The notes below the pieces were generated by a model. That model did not search any database and was not told where the DNA came from. It worked only from the letters and a program-made list of their open reading frames with translations. The position numbers were made by a program, and so were the translations under genes. Of a DNA stretch of 64,000 nt, positions 9,290 to 19,200 are shown piece by piece. The stretch lies in the IMG/VR virus record IMGVR_UViG_3300046323_000587, positions 162,481 to 226,480 of that record; one strand, 5' to 3'. Position 1 is the stretch's first letter. Every line of letters begins with the position of its first letter.

Positions 9290-10740
9290 TTAAAATTTAA
9301 TTTTATTAAATGAAGATAGTATACCTCCTAATTTAAAAGTCTTATTCATAATTTTTTTAATATTTCTTTTGTTTGTCATTTCGTCAGGTTTAATTTCTCT
9401 ATTAAACAAAGTATTTGCTATTTTAGCAAAGAATTTAGGTTGTTTTTTTGTACTATGATATAATTCATAAGTATCTGTATCTATATCTTCAGAGTTATTT
9501 TCTGCTAAATTTTTCAACTCTTTCCAATTTTTGTTTTTAAATTTTTTTTGTGAATTGTATTTACCTAAATCCTCTAAATTAAACATTGTAGTATATTTTC
9601 TAGCCAACCTTTCATCAGGAATAGATAAATAATCTTTATAAGGTTTTGTTGGTTCTCCATTTAACTGTTCACTTATTTTTTGTTCGATAGCTAAATTTTT
9701 ATGTAAATTTTTAATATAAGCATTTTCATCAGATTCTTTTTTTCCATAGGTAGATTCTAATATATATATATATTTTTATCTGAAAGATTGTTTCCTCCTC
9801 CTGTAGCTGCGTGTGAAAATTCGTGAGTACCTAAATATTTATATATATCTTTATAAGTTCTTTCTACATCTTTAGATTTATTGTAGGGACCTACTTCCAT
9901 AGGAAAAACAAATTCTTTTTTTGAAGGTAAGTTAATTTTTTTTGTATTATTAGAAAAAATTTGTACGTTAGGAGATGTTAAATTGTCTTTTGGGTAATCT
10001 AGCCCTGTATCTTCTAAATTTTTTAATCTTGTACCTATTTGTTTATCATTATATCCAGCAACTTTATTTAATTTTTGACCTCTTTTCGAAGTATAAAAAT
10101 CTATCAATCTTTTTTTATCGGGTTCGTAAGAATCTTTAAAAGATTTTTTATCGGTATAATTTTTTAAATTATAGCCCTCTAATTTTGTAGGTAAAGGTTG
10201 TTGAGATTTACCAGTTAATCTAATAATTTCAGAATCTACATTTTCTTTATGCCAACCAACAAGTTTTTGTTTATATTCTTCAGCATTATTTTTTGCCTCT
10301 TTTAAATTTTGAGTTATTTTTTCTATTTGTTGTTTATCTATAGGATCTAAAGAGTAGTTTTTTGGATCTTCCAATTTTTTAAAAGATTCTTTCCTATTAT
10401 AAAAATCTAAATCTTTTTCTAAGTCTTTTACATGATTTGTATACAATGTATTAACATCTGTTGGAGTTTTTTGTTCGGCTTTTAAATTTTCTAATTCATT
10501 AAGCAAATTTTCTCTATTCATTTTATTCCAAGGGTCTACATTTTCTTGAAATTCTTCTTCAGGTGTATCATAAGTAGGAATATCTGGAGCGTAATAATTA
10601 TTATATTTATCTTTTGAGTCTTTTTTAATATTTCTTTTTCCTTTAATATCTACATTTTTTAGTACAATAGTTGAATTTTGTAAAGTTCCATCAGGTTCTT
10701 GGTATTTTTTAATTTTTTTAAAACTATTTAGTTTTTTCAT
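9290..10740 (-). pseudogene. Zincin-like metallopeptidase cargo gene split by a 2-nt frameshift in a (TA)n tract (ORFs 9757..10740 and 9290..9607)
   Basis: THEFSH upstream; removing one TA at 9760-9773 gives DKNIYILESTYG...YLSIPDERLARKY in frame with the downstream ORF ending FKLGGILSSFNKIKF. Confidence 0.75.
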
Positions 10741-10758
10741 ATCGAATTTAATTTTAAA

Positions 10759-10794
10759 TAAAAAGCCTCAACCCAATGATTGAGTTAAGGCTTT
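10759..10794 (-). terminator. Intrinsic terminator after the capsid gene block
   Basis: AAAGCCTCAACCCAA/TTGAGTTAAGGCTTT hairpin with A-run (U-run on minus strand). Confidence 0.65.
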
Positions 10795-10840
10795 GAATTG
10801 ATTTGTTTTAATTGTTTGTAATAAAGAACTTTAACTAAAA

Positions 10841-11863
10841 TTAAACTTTAAATGCAGCAGCAGCAATAAGAGCAGGAGCAAGTGGAGTTTTATCAAAGAA
10901 TCTCGGAGCAACAAATTTAGTAGCATCAACTGTGGAAAGAACTGTCGCACGATTCAAGAAATCAACTACTGGATTTTGATAAGTTACCAAGCAAGAATCA
11001 TTAACAAAAATTTCAAAGTTACCACTTGTTTCAGCAATACCGTTAACAACACCATTACCACCATTTTGATTGATTCCATTATCATAACTTGACCAAGCTA
11101 AACTTGAATACAAATCGCCTTTAATAGGAGTAGTAAAACGATCAATTGAGTATGGCATACGATCTGCTGTATCAATAAACATTGATTTCAAGTTATAATA
11201 CTCATTTCTACCTGCAAAACCAATTACTTGAGAAGGAACTGTTTGAGTATAAGTAATATATGGAGATACTACATTGTCATCACCAAGAAATTCAATTTTA
11301 ACTAATTTAGCTTGATCAATTGCAGTCAAATCTAAAGCAGTCATTGTAATTGTTTTATTAGCTACAACTGTTGCAGAATAAGGAGCAGCAAGAATAGCTG
11401 TTAAAGAAGGTACAGTTATTAAGTTATTTCCATAAGAAAAAGATTGGAAAATCATTGCATTGTAAAGTTTTGCAAGAACAGTATTAGCTGTATCAGCAGT
11501 ATTTACAACCAATTGAACTACCAATTCTCTAGCTGGATCTCCCATTCTAGTAAAATCAGATTCATTTGAAAAAGAATGAAGAGTAGCTTTCATTTTAACA
11601 ATAGTTCCATTTGGAGTAGACGCACTATAAAAAAAGTTACCTCCAGCAATCAACCGATCTACTTGTTTAGTTCCAGCAACACCTCTATTACCAACTACTT
11701 TGTGTAATTTGTTAATATCAAATCTACCAAAACCTTCAACATCCATATAAGTTCCTAAAAGAGCTGTGGAAGGAGCATAATTTGTATCCCAAAATTTTAA
11801 GGGGAATAATGTAGCATTGTTAATTAATACTTGTTTTGTACCTGTACTAATAAATTGTGACAT
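10841..11863 (-). CDS. Probable auxiliary capsid/structural protein
   Basis: 340-aa beta-rich Ala/Thr protein, P.KG.LY motif, last gene of capsid block before terminator. Confidence 0.5.
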   Translation of the reverse strand: MSQFISTGTKQVLINNATLFPLKFWDTNYAPSTALLGTYMDVEGFGRFDINKLHKVVGNRGVAGTKQVDRLIAGGNFFYSASTPNGTIVKMKATLHSFSNESDFTRMGDPARELVVQLVVNTADTANTVLAKLYNAMIFQSFSYGNNLITVPSLTAILAAPYSATVVANKTITMTALDLTAIDQAKLVKIEFLGDDNVVSPYITYTQTVPSQVIGFAGRNEYYNLKSMFIDTADRMPYSIDRFTTPIKGDLYSSLAWSSYDNGINQNGGNGVVNGIAETSGNFEIFVNDSCLVTYQNPVVDFLNRATVLSTVDATKFVAPRFFDKTPLAPALIAAAAFKV

Positions 11864-11910
11864 AATTTTATTATTATTATTTGTAAATAAATAAATCTAT
11901 TGATATTAGC

Positions 11911-12771
11911 TTAACCAACTTGTGGAGGAGCAATACTCATAGATACATTAGGTTGAGATCCTTGTCTAGGATCACTTGCATTCTCAAAAATTAGTATCAT
12001 CATTTCATTAAGAATTTCTTGACAAATATAATTTGGAAATTCTAGTGTTGCAGAAGTGTCTGTTGATGAACCTGCTAAAGTTTGATCGTTATATTCTGTG
12101 TATGTAAGTTGAATTACTTTTGGAACTCTGATATAACTAATCTCTATTTTTTCAATAGAAAATTTAGGGTGGTTTCCTGTTAATATTTCTATTTCAGCAT
12201 TATTTGCACCCGAAATAAGGTTAGTTCTTACAGTAGTTAAATAAACAGATTGTGCAATATCAGGATTATCAGAAATCAAATATAATACATTAGTATAGCT
12301 GGGTCTTTGATAAAAATCTGTTAATACATACTGATATTGTGAATCTGTAATTCTTCTTGTTTTAATAGCAGGAAATATATCTCCCGGCTGGTAACAATTT
12401 TTTTGTTGTATTGCTTTAAAATATACATTAACTCTTGTAATATGATAATAATCAAGAGGAAGGAGGAATTTAATACCTTGATTAACTGGTGTAATAGTTA
12501 CAGCATTAGATTGGTAATGATCTAAAATATTACCTGTTACCATAGAAGCTATTGCACTTGTAGAAGATTGAATATTTATTGAGATAGTGGTTTTTAATCT
12601 AGATAAATCATCAGTTGCTTGTTGATTTATTTCAAAACCATTATATTTTTTATTAATGTATTGATTTAAAGCTTTGTTTGCAAAATAATTCCATTCTTCA
12701 AGATTAAGAGAAGGAGCATTGACCTTCTTTTGTTCAATTAAAGAATATTCAAATAACTCCTTTGTTGTCAT
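11911..12771 (-). CDS. crAss-like ring (head-tail adaptor) protein
   Basis: APSLNLEEWNYFANKA...FEINQQATDDL...ISYIRVP...LEFPNYICQEI...ENASDPR. Confidence 0.7.
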   Translation of the reverse strand: MTTKELFEYSLIEQKKVNAPSLNLEEWNYFANKALNQYINKKYNGFEINQQATDDLSRLKTTISINIQSSTSAIASMVTGNILDHYQSNAVTITPVNQGIKFLLPLDYYHITRVNVYFKAIQQKNCYQPGDIFPAIKTRRITDSQYQYVLTDFYQRPSYTNVLYLISDNPDIAQSVYLTTVRTNLISGANNAEIEILTGNHPKFSIEKIEISYIRVPKVIQLTYTEYNDQTLAGSSTDTSATLEFPNYICQEILNEMMILIFENASDPRQGSQPNVSMSIAPPQVG

Positions 12772-12879
12772 TGTATAAGTTGTATAAAAAAATAGTTATA
12801 AAATTAATCTACTCATTCAAATTAAGCTTATAACTATTTGTAATTTATGTTTTTTACTTCAATTAAAATGTATCAATAA

Positions 12880-13836
12880 TTATTTTTTACCTTTTTTAGT
12901 TTCTTCTTTTGTGAAATCTGTTGAAAGTTGATCTTCAAAATGAGAGGAATCATTATGTACTTTAGCTGGATCAATAAATTGTCCGTTTACATACAATTCA
13001 GGATACAAAGTTTTTCTCATTTCTGACAATACTTTTGCATTTTCTGGATATTTCATATAAGCAACAACTTGATGTAAACCAACTCCTAAAGTAATTTCTT
13101 TGAAAGAATATACTTCACCAACAATTTTAACAATACTTTTATCAACTAATTGATAAATCATTAATTTATTAGCAGCATCTCTATCATTTTTAATACCTAA
13201 AATTCTTTTTACAGTAGTAAGGTCTTTACTAAATGCCATTTCAGACAAATAATTTCTTATATATCTAGGATGCGTATTATCTAATTTATCTCCTAATAAT
13301 CTCACTTTTTCAGACAATTCGTTATCAGATAAAGATTTTACATAATTAATAGCGTCGGCTCTTGCGTCATTTAATTCTTCTCCTTGACGTTGTTCTTTTT
13401 CTTCATCAAATACAAAGAAATCAGCAGTAGGATCATTTAACATATCTTCATAGCTTAAAGCTATACCTTTACTATGTTGAATCCATTCCCAGTCAATACG
13501 GTCTACAATATCAGATAAATCTAAATAAAAACCTGGACCAATTGTTCTGCTTGTTACATCTTGATCTTTATCTGTTCCATCTTGAACAACATAAGATACT
13601 CTTAATTTTTCTTCTGGAGATAAAGTTTTAACTCCCATCATTTTTCTAGTTCTAGTATCTAATCTAGGATTAATAGTAATTTGAGGGATTCCAAAAACAG
13701 ATTTAAATTGAATAATTCTATTTTCTCTTCGTACTCCATAAATTTTTTCATCTTCTGACAATGTATTATCACTTATTTCAAATTTCATATTCATTTTAAT
13801 TTTTATTGGGTTAAAAAAGTAGGAATTGTATTTCAA
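12880..13836 (-). CDS. Conserved crAss-like protein next to MCP (true start probably ATG near 13794)
   Basis: YLDLSDIVDRIDWEWI motif; synteny directly after MCP. Confidence 0.55.
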   Translation of the reverse strand: MKYNSYFFNPIKIKMNMKFEISDNTLSEDEKIYGVRRENRIIQFKSVFGIPQITINPRLDTRTRKMMGVKTLSPEEKLRVSYVVQDGTDKDQDVTSRTIGPGFYLDLSDIVDRIDWEWIQHSKGIALSYEDMLNDPTADFFVFDEEKEQRQGEELNDARADAINYVKSLSDNELSEKVRLLGDKLDNTHPRYIRNYLSEMAFSKDLTTVKRILGIKNDRDAANKLMIYQLVDKSIVKIVGEVYSFKEITLGVGLHQVVAYMKYPENAKVLSEMRKTLYPELYVNGQFIDPAKVHNDSSHFEDQLSTDFTKEETKKGKK

Positions 13837-13917
13837 ATTCCTACAATAATTATTTTTTAAATAAATTATTCTTGTAATATATTTCTAAAAAGTAAATCAA
13901 ATTAAATAATTTAGTTT

Positions 13918-15306
13918 TTAGATATTTTCTTGCATAATAAAACCAGCATAAGGGTTGAATACAGCTACACCAGAGTAACCAATGATAGATTTAGTTGTAC
14001 CGTCAAAAGTAGAACCCATTGTACCAGAAGTCATACCATCAACTCCACCTAAACCTGGCAAAGTACCTTCAATCATTTCACGTCCTTTAAGAGTAAACAT
14101 AGAAACATTTGCACGTCCTTCTACCATTGTAGTATCAATAAACAAAGCATAACCATATTTATCATAAATTTCAGAAAGAATTGTATCAACAGTAAAGTTG
14201 ATAGTATTTCCCATCCATTGATAAGCTTTAAATGAACCACCAACTGTAATGTCTCCACCATTTTTAGTCCAGTAATAACCTCCATCAATAGCAGTAGACC
14301 TTAATTTATCTTCAAGAGCTTTAGAAATTTGTTTATATCCAATCCAGTTACAAACTACTGTGATATTATTTCCTGTTGTTTTACCTGTTTTTTTAACAAT
14401 ACTATCAATAGCATCTTCAAAAATAGAAGTAGTTAATTTTGTGTAGAAAAATTTATCGCAATAACGTTCAATTTGAGCTAATACCCCGTCACCTGAATCT
14501 AAAGCAGCTCCTGTAATACTATCGTGATCTAAGCAATTGCCGTTAATATCATGGTTATCTCTGCCTAACAACATTGAATTTTCTCTCATATAAAGGAATT
14601 GATCCAAGATTGCTTTTGCAGGTTGCTCCATTTTAAAATATTGTTTATTATCAGCTTGTCCAGCTTCAAAATAAATCATTTTAGCATCATTAGTCCAGCT
14701 ACCATCAACACGTACACGAGTAATATATCCACGGTGTTCTTCTAATTTCAACATACCTTTTTGATTACGTTGATCAACAGAACCATCAGATACGATATTT
14801 GAACGGAACATAGTTCTACGACCTCTTGTGGTGTATTGAGTATTCAGTCCTCTTGACATATCATTGTTTACTAAAACACAAGTATATCTCCAACGATTGT
14901 TATTCATTTTTTCTGGCGCTTGGATAACACGCAATTGAGTTACATTGTCTTCCAAAGAGAAAGTATCATTTGTTGCATAATAATTTTTCTCTAAAATCAA
15001 TGCAATAGGTTGTCTATTAGATCCACTTGAAGTACAATCTTCCATAATCGTTACTTTAGGAATCATATTAGTTTCAATTCTCCAAGTAAATTGCATTGCA
15101 TTAACAGATTCATAACTAGATTTACGATCTCTTACAATAACTCTACCTAAACCTTGTGTAATTGTAGAAATTGTCAAATCTTTTCTTGTTCTAGCCATTA
15201 AACCTAGTGCAGTTGTTCTTTTACCTAAAAGAGAGCTAATATTTTGTATGTTTTGTGTTGTATTCTGCAAATTTTGTGGTAAATCACTTAATTCAATTAC
15301 TCTCAT
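13918..15306 (-). CDS. Major capsid protein (crAss-like, HK97 fold)
   Basis: 462 aa; FTWRIE, N..WRYTC.L, EEHRGYIT..RVD.SW, GDGVLAQIE, GVAVFNPY motifs; follows acidic scaffold gene. Confidence 0.85.
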   Translation of the reverse strand: MRVIELSDLPQNLQNTTQNIQNISSLLGKRTTALGLMARTRKDLTISTITQGLGRVIVRDRKSSYESVNAMQFTWRIETNMIPKVTIMEDCTSSGSNRQPIALILEKNYYATNDTFSLEDNVTQLRVIQAPEKMNNNRWRYTCVLVNNDMSRGLNTQYTTRGRRTMFRSNIVSDGSVDQRNQKGMLKLEEHRGYITRVRVDGSWTNDAKMIYFEAGQADNKQYFKMEQPAKAILDQFLYMRENSMLLGRDNHDINGNCLDHDSITGAALDSGDGVLAQIERYCDKFFYTKLTTSIFEDAIDSIVKKTGKTTGNNITVVCNWIGYKQISKALEDKLRSTAIDGGYYWTKNGGDITVGGSFKAYQWMGNTINFTVDTILSEIYDKYGYALFIDTTMVEGRANVSMFTLKGREMIEGTLPGLGGVDGMTSGTMGSTFDGTTKSIIGYSGVAVFNPYAGFIMQENI

Positions 15307-15342
15307 TGTATTATTTTTGTTTAATTAATTAATCAATTTATT

Positions 15343-16362
15343 TTAAATTGTAATATCATCAATACTTCTAAATCTTTTTTGTTCTGTTGTATTGTTATTT
15401 CTTGTATTATTATTTCTGTTATTATCTGGATTAATTATATTTTTTCCTTTAGATTGATATTTAGTTAAAGCTTCTTTTGCTCCTTCTATTCTAGCTAATT
15501 TAATTTGATTGTTTAAATCTCCAATAATTTTAGGACCAAATTCTAACCAATAAGCAGCTTTATATTGTTGTTCTGGACTTTCCATTAAATCGTTTATAAA
15601 AACTGTATATTCTGGGTCTTTTTCAGAAGGTTCTAATAATCTTGGTGCAAGATAATCTATAATTTGTTGATTGTTTTCATAACCGTCAATTTCATTTATA
15701 CTAAAAAAAGAATTGTAAATTTGTTGTTGTACTTGTTCAATTTCTTTTTCACTTTCAAGTTCTTGCTGATATCTAATATTTTCTTGTTGATCAAATTCTT
15801 GTTCTAATAAAGATTTTCTAATTCCATTTACTGTTTTGTCAAAAGAAGAACTGTCTTTCAGTCTAAAATACTGCTCTTCAATTTCAGATTCATCGCAATC
15901 AGGACATTTGTTAGCTAATTCTAGTTTTACCACATCTTCATCTGATAAGGTTGCAATATAACTATCAGAAAAATTATTTGTATTATCTAATACTCCTGCT
16001 TCTTTTAATAATTCTGCTACTGCTTCTAAATTACCTTCTTTGTAAGCTTGATTAAGTAATTCTAACACTTCATCTGAAGATCCTTCTTCTGGTTGATCAC
16101 CATTTAATTCTTTCTCTTGTTTTGAATATTCTGAAATTAATTTATCCATTTCATCATTTTGAGCAGAATCGTAAGTTTTAGTAGAATTATTTAATATACT
16201 AAATTCATCTAAACTATTTAAACCATCTAAAGAAAAAGACTCTTCTTCTAATTCTTTTCTAGAATCAATTTCATTTGTGGAATCATTTATGATGTTATCA
16301 TTTATTGTATTCAAATCTACATCATCTAAATTTATTGTTTCTATTCCATTGTTATTTTCCAT
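15343..16362 (-). CDS. Probable scaffolding protein
   Basis: Very acidic, coiled-coil, YKAAYWLEFG motif, immediately upstream of MCP. Confidence 0.6.
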   Translation of the reverse strand: MENNNGIETINLDDVDLNTINDNIINDSTNEIDSRKELEEESFSLDGLNSLDEFSILNNSTKTYDSAQNDEMDKLISEYSKQEKELNGDQPEEGSSDEVLELLNQAYKEGNLEAVAELLKEAGVLDNTNNFSDSYIATLSDEDVVKLELANKCPDCDESEIEEQYFRLKDSSSFDKTVNGIRKSLLEQEFDQQENIRYQQELESEKEIEQVQQQIYNSFFSINEIDGYENNQQIIDYLAPRLLEPSEKDPEYTVFINDLMESPEQQYKAAYWLEFGPKIIGDLNNQIKLARIEGAKEALTKYQSKGKNIINPDNNRNNNTRNNNTTEQKRFRSIDDITI

Positions 16363-16437
16363 AGTATTGTATTTTAATTTTCATTGTTAATTATTATTAA
16401 AAATTTTAGTACAAGATACTAACTTTGTACTATAAAA

Positions 16438-16617
16438 TTATACACAACATTTAATAAATGTATCTGCTTGAATTCTATTTCCAAAAGCAATTATAGCTTG
16501 TGCATTATTTATTCCAGTTGTAGTTTGAATAATTGCTAAACTAGCACCAAAAGGAATAACATATTCAGTTTTGACTCCATTTACTTTTTTAATTATTTTT
16601 TTATACGTAATCAGCAT
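16438..16617 (-). CDS. 59-aa stand-alone copy of the N-terminal anchor domain of the adjacent fibre proteins
   Basis: Not in track; MLITYKKIIKKVNGVKTEYVIPFGASLAIIQTTTGIINAQAIIAFGNRIQADTFIKCCV resembles the N-termini of 19201..20355 and 20395..22146. Confidence 0.55.
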   Translation of the reverse strand: MLITYKKIIKKVNGVKTEYVIPFGASLAIIQTTTGINNAQAIIAFGNRIQADTFIKCCV

Positions 16618-16669
16618 ATTTAAAATTGTTTATAAATATTAAACTAAAAATTCTATTAACAAGATTTTT

Positions 16670-18325
16670 TTAAATTAGAGTCAAAACTTTGGTTTTAGTA
16701 TCGTAAGTTAATGTTCCTACTGAGGTACCTAAATTTGTAGTTGCATCTCCATAACCTGGAGATACAGTAGTTGTAGATTTATTTATAGTTTGAGTATTTA
16801 CAAGAGTTCCTCCTCCAATAGAAGGAGTAAATGAATATACAGGAGTAAGAGTTAAACCTGAATATTGTAAAGCTTGTATTGTAATAGCTCCTGTACCAAC
16901 AGAAGTGTCCCACAAAGCTCTTATATCTAATTTAATTTGTGAAACTTTTGGATGTTTGGCAATCATAGTTTTAAAATCTATTACAAAAAATTCTTCTTTT
17001 GTTGTTGTAATATTAGGAGAACTTCCGCACCATACAGCATAAAATATATTATTTCCACTAATATTTTCTTTTAATTGAACATCTGTTGCAAATCCAGCAA
17101 TAAATCCACTATTAGGAATACGCTGTTCCATATAAGGAGTAAATTGAGAAAACATTAATCTAGTAAGTAAAACTGTTGTAGAACTAGCTGCTGTCCAAGT
17201 AAATTTTAAAATGACTAAATCTGTTGCAGGCCCAGGTATACATTTACCTTGAGTATTAGCAAGAGTTTGTTTATTTGCACTAAACCAAGTAGTTGCTTGA
17301 AGATCTGCGTCTGCTTGTGAAACTAAAGAAGTAAATTGACCTAATGTTGTAGAAATTGTTTCTGAACTTCCAACTAATGGAGCACTACAATTATTTTTTT
17401 GTACTAATTCTGTTATTACAACACTTCTATAAGTAACAATATCAATACAATTTAATCCAGCTTTTGCTTGTTGAGTAGCTAAATTTAAAGCTTGATTATC
17501 AGCATCAATTTGAGATATATAAGAATTAATTGTACCTGCTGATACAGTTGATGTATTACTACTAGGTTGTTTACCTGCTCCACAGTTTGCTGTAAAAGTT
17601 TGATCGGTATTAGTATATGTAATAGGTGTACAAACTCCTTGAATATTGGCTATAGATTGTCTAGTTCTATTTAATTCTGCAATAGCTTTATTATCTGCAT
17701 CAATTTGTGAAACGTAAGATTGAAAAGAATTTGCTGCAATATTAACTGTAACATTGCTAGGCGTTGTATTAATTGGACAAGTACTTCTTAGTAATGTAGA
17801 AGTTTGTAGTACATTATAAAATATTGGTAATGGAGTACAAGTACCTTGAGCATTTGCTAAATTTTGTTTATTGTTATTCAAGTAATTAATTGCTAAATTA
17901 TTTGCTTCAATCTGAGTTGCTGCTTTAAATGTATTTGCTGCAATTGTAATTGTTTCATTAGAACCTATATAACCAATAGCACAATTATTTCGTTGAATTG
18001 TTGTAGTTTGAATAACATTTCCAAAAGAAATTGAGCACACAGTTTCATCTTTTTTAGTTCTATTATCTAATAATATTTTAGCTTCTTCTATTGTTGAAGA
18101 TATTAAATTAGCTAAATTAGTAATAGAAATTGAATTTGGTATTATAGTTAAAATGCTTTTTTCTTTTGTTATTGTTTCTAAATCTGTATATGTAAAAAAT
18201 CCATCGTTGAGTCCACTACAAGTATAATTCTTCCAAGCAAATGATTTACGAGATTGCAAAGATTCAATTGTAATTGTAGTACAAGGATTAGATTTAATAC
18301 AAGAATAATTAATTTTAGTTATCAT
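16670..18325 (-). CDS. Fibre/decoration protein with four DUF5977-like repeats
   Basis: Repeated (R/K)NNC...GS...AA..F.S..SQ.DAD..A.......Q..AN.QG.C units. Confidence 0.7.
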   Translation of the reverse strand: MITKINYSCIKSNPCTTITIESLQSRKSFAWKNYTCSGLNDGFFTYTDLETITKEKSILTIIPNSISITNLANLISSTIEEAKILLDNRTKKDETVCSISFGNVIQTTTIQRNNCAIGYIGSNETITIAANTFKAATQIEANNLAINYLNNNKQNLANAQGTCTPLPIFYNVLQTSTLLRSTCPINTTPSNVTVNIAANSFQSYVSQIDADNKAIAELNRTRQSIANIQGVCTPITYTNTDQTFTANCGAGKQPSSNTSTVSAGTINSYISQIDADNQALNLATQQAKAGLNCIDIVTYRSVVITELVQKNNCSAPLVGSSETISTTLGQFTSLVSQADADLQATTWFSANKQTLANTQGKCIPGPATDLVILKFTWTAASSTTVLLTRLMFSQFTPYMEQRIPNSGFIAGFATDVQLKENISGNNIFYAVWCGSSPNITTTKEEFFVIDFKTMIAKHPKVSQIKLDIRALWDTSVGTGAITIQALQYSGLTLTPVYSFTPSIGGGTLVNTQTINKSTTTVSPGYGDATTNLGTSVGTLTYDTKTKVLTLI

Positions 18326-18330
18326 TGAAA

Positions 18331-19179
18331 TTAATATAAATCAATTAAATTAGGAGTTGCTTGATTACTGATAGTTGCATCAAATGTACCAGGAGTAACT
18401 AAATTTCTTAATACCAAACCTGTATAATTACCATCATCAAAACTATAATGAATAGTTCTAGCAGCCATTACTGTTGCAGGATAGTGTGTTGCATATAAAT
18501 TAATATCATTAGTTCCTCTATTAAACATCTGACGAACTTCATTAGGTGTAATTACATACCCTTCACAAATCATAAAATCTGCCATGTGAGAATTATTAAC
18601 TATAAAACTAGAAGTTGCAAAACCACCGTTAATAGGAGCTGCATCTCTTAAGGTTCTTAATAATCCTGCATCATATTGAACTTTTGTTAAATTAGATTGT
18701 GTATTTACTCCAACACTGTCAATATCAATCCCATTAAGATATACTTTAAGATTGTTTACATTATAACCATTCCCACCCTGATTAGTGACCACTATATGAT
18801 CCATTTTTGTATCGTTTTGTCTAGTTAGTGTCAGTGTAGTCGTTTTTAATATAGATGAATTAGTTGGTTCGTTACTCCAGAATATTCCGTCTGAATATAT
18901 AATTAGTTGCAATCTATCGGTAGCTAAAGTAGTTGATCTTCTAGAACTTATAGATTGAAGATTTTTTCCCCAAAATGAGATAGAAAAAGTTACATCAGGC
19001 CTTAATCTATCAATAGCTGTATATCCATTAATATTAAGATATTCTCCATTAGAATTAGTTGCATTTCCTCCTGAAGTAATTACTCCTCCTGTACTATTCA
19101 TTCTTAGACCTCTACGAAATACTCTAGCTTGGTCATTAGACTCCATTTTATGTTCTACGTATTTGTTTCCTGTTGCCAT
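18331..19179 (-). CDS. LamG/concanavalin-A-like structural protein
   Basis: FSISFW...DHIVVT...LKVYLNG...MADFMI...EVRQMFNRG...HYSFDD. Confidence 0.6.
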   Translation of the reverse strand: MATGNKYVEHKMESNDQARVFRRGLRMNSTGGVITSGGNATNSNGEYLNINGYTAIDRLRPDVTFSISFWGKNLQSISSRRSTTLATDRLQLIIYSDGIFWSNEPTNSSILKTTTLTLTRQNDTKMDHIVVTNQGGNGYNVNNLKVYLNGIDIDSVGVNTQSNLTKVQYDAGLLRTLRDAAPINGGFATSSFIVNNSHMADFMICEGYVITPNEVRQMFNRGTNDINLYATHYPATVMAARTIHYSFDDGNYTGLVLRNLVTPGTFDATISNQATPNLIDLY

Positions 19180-19200
19180 AATGTGATTGATTAAAAGTAA

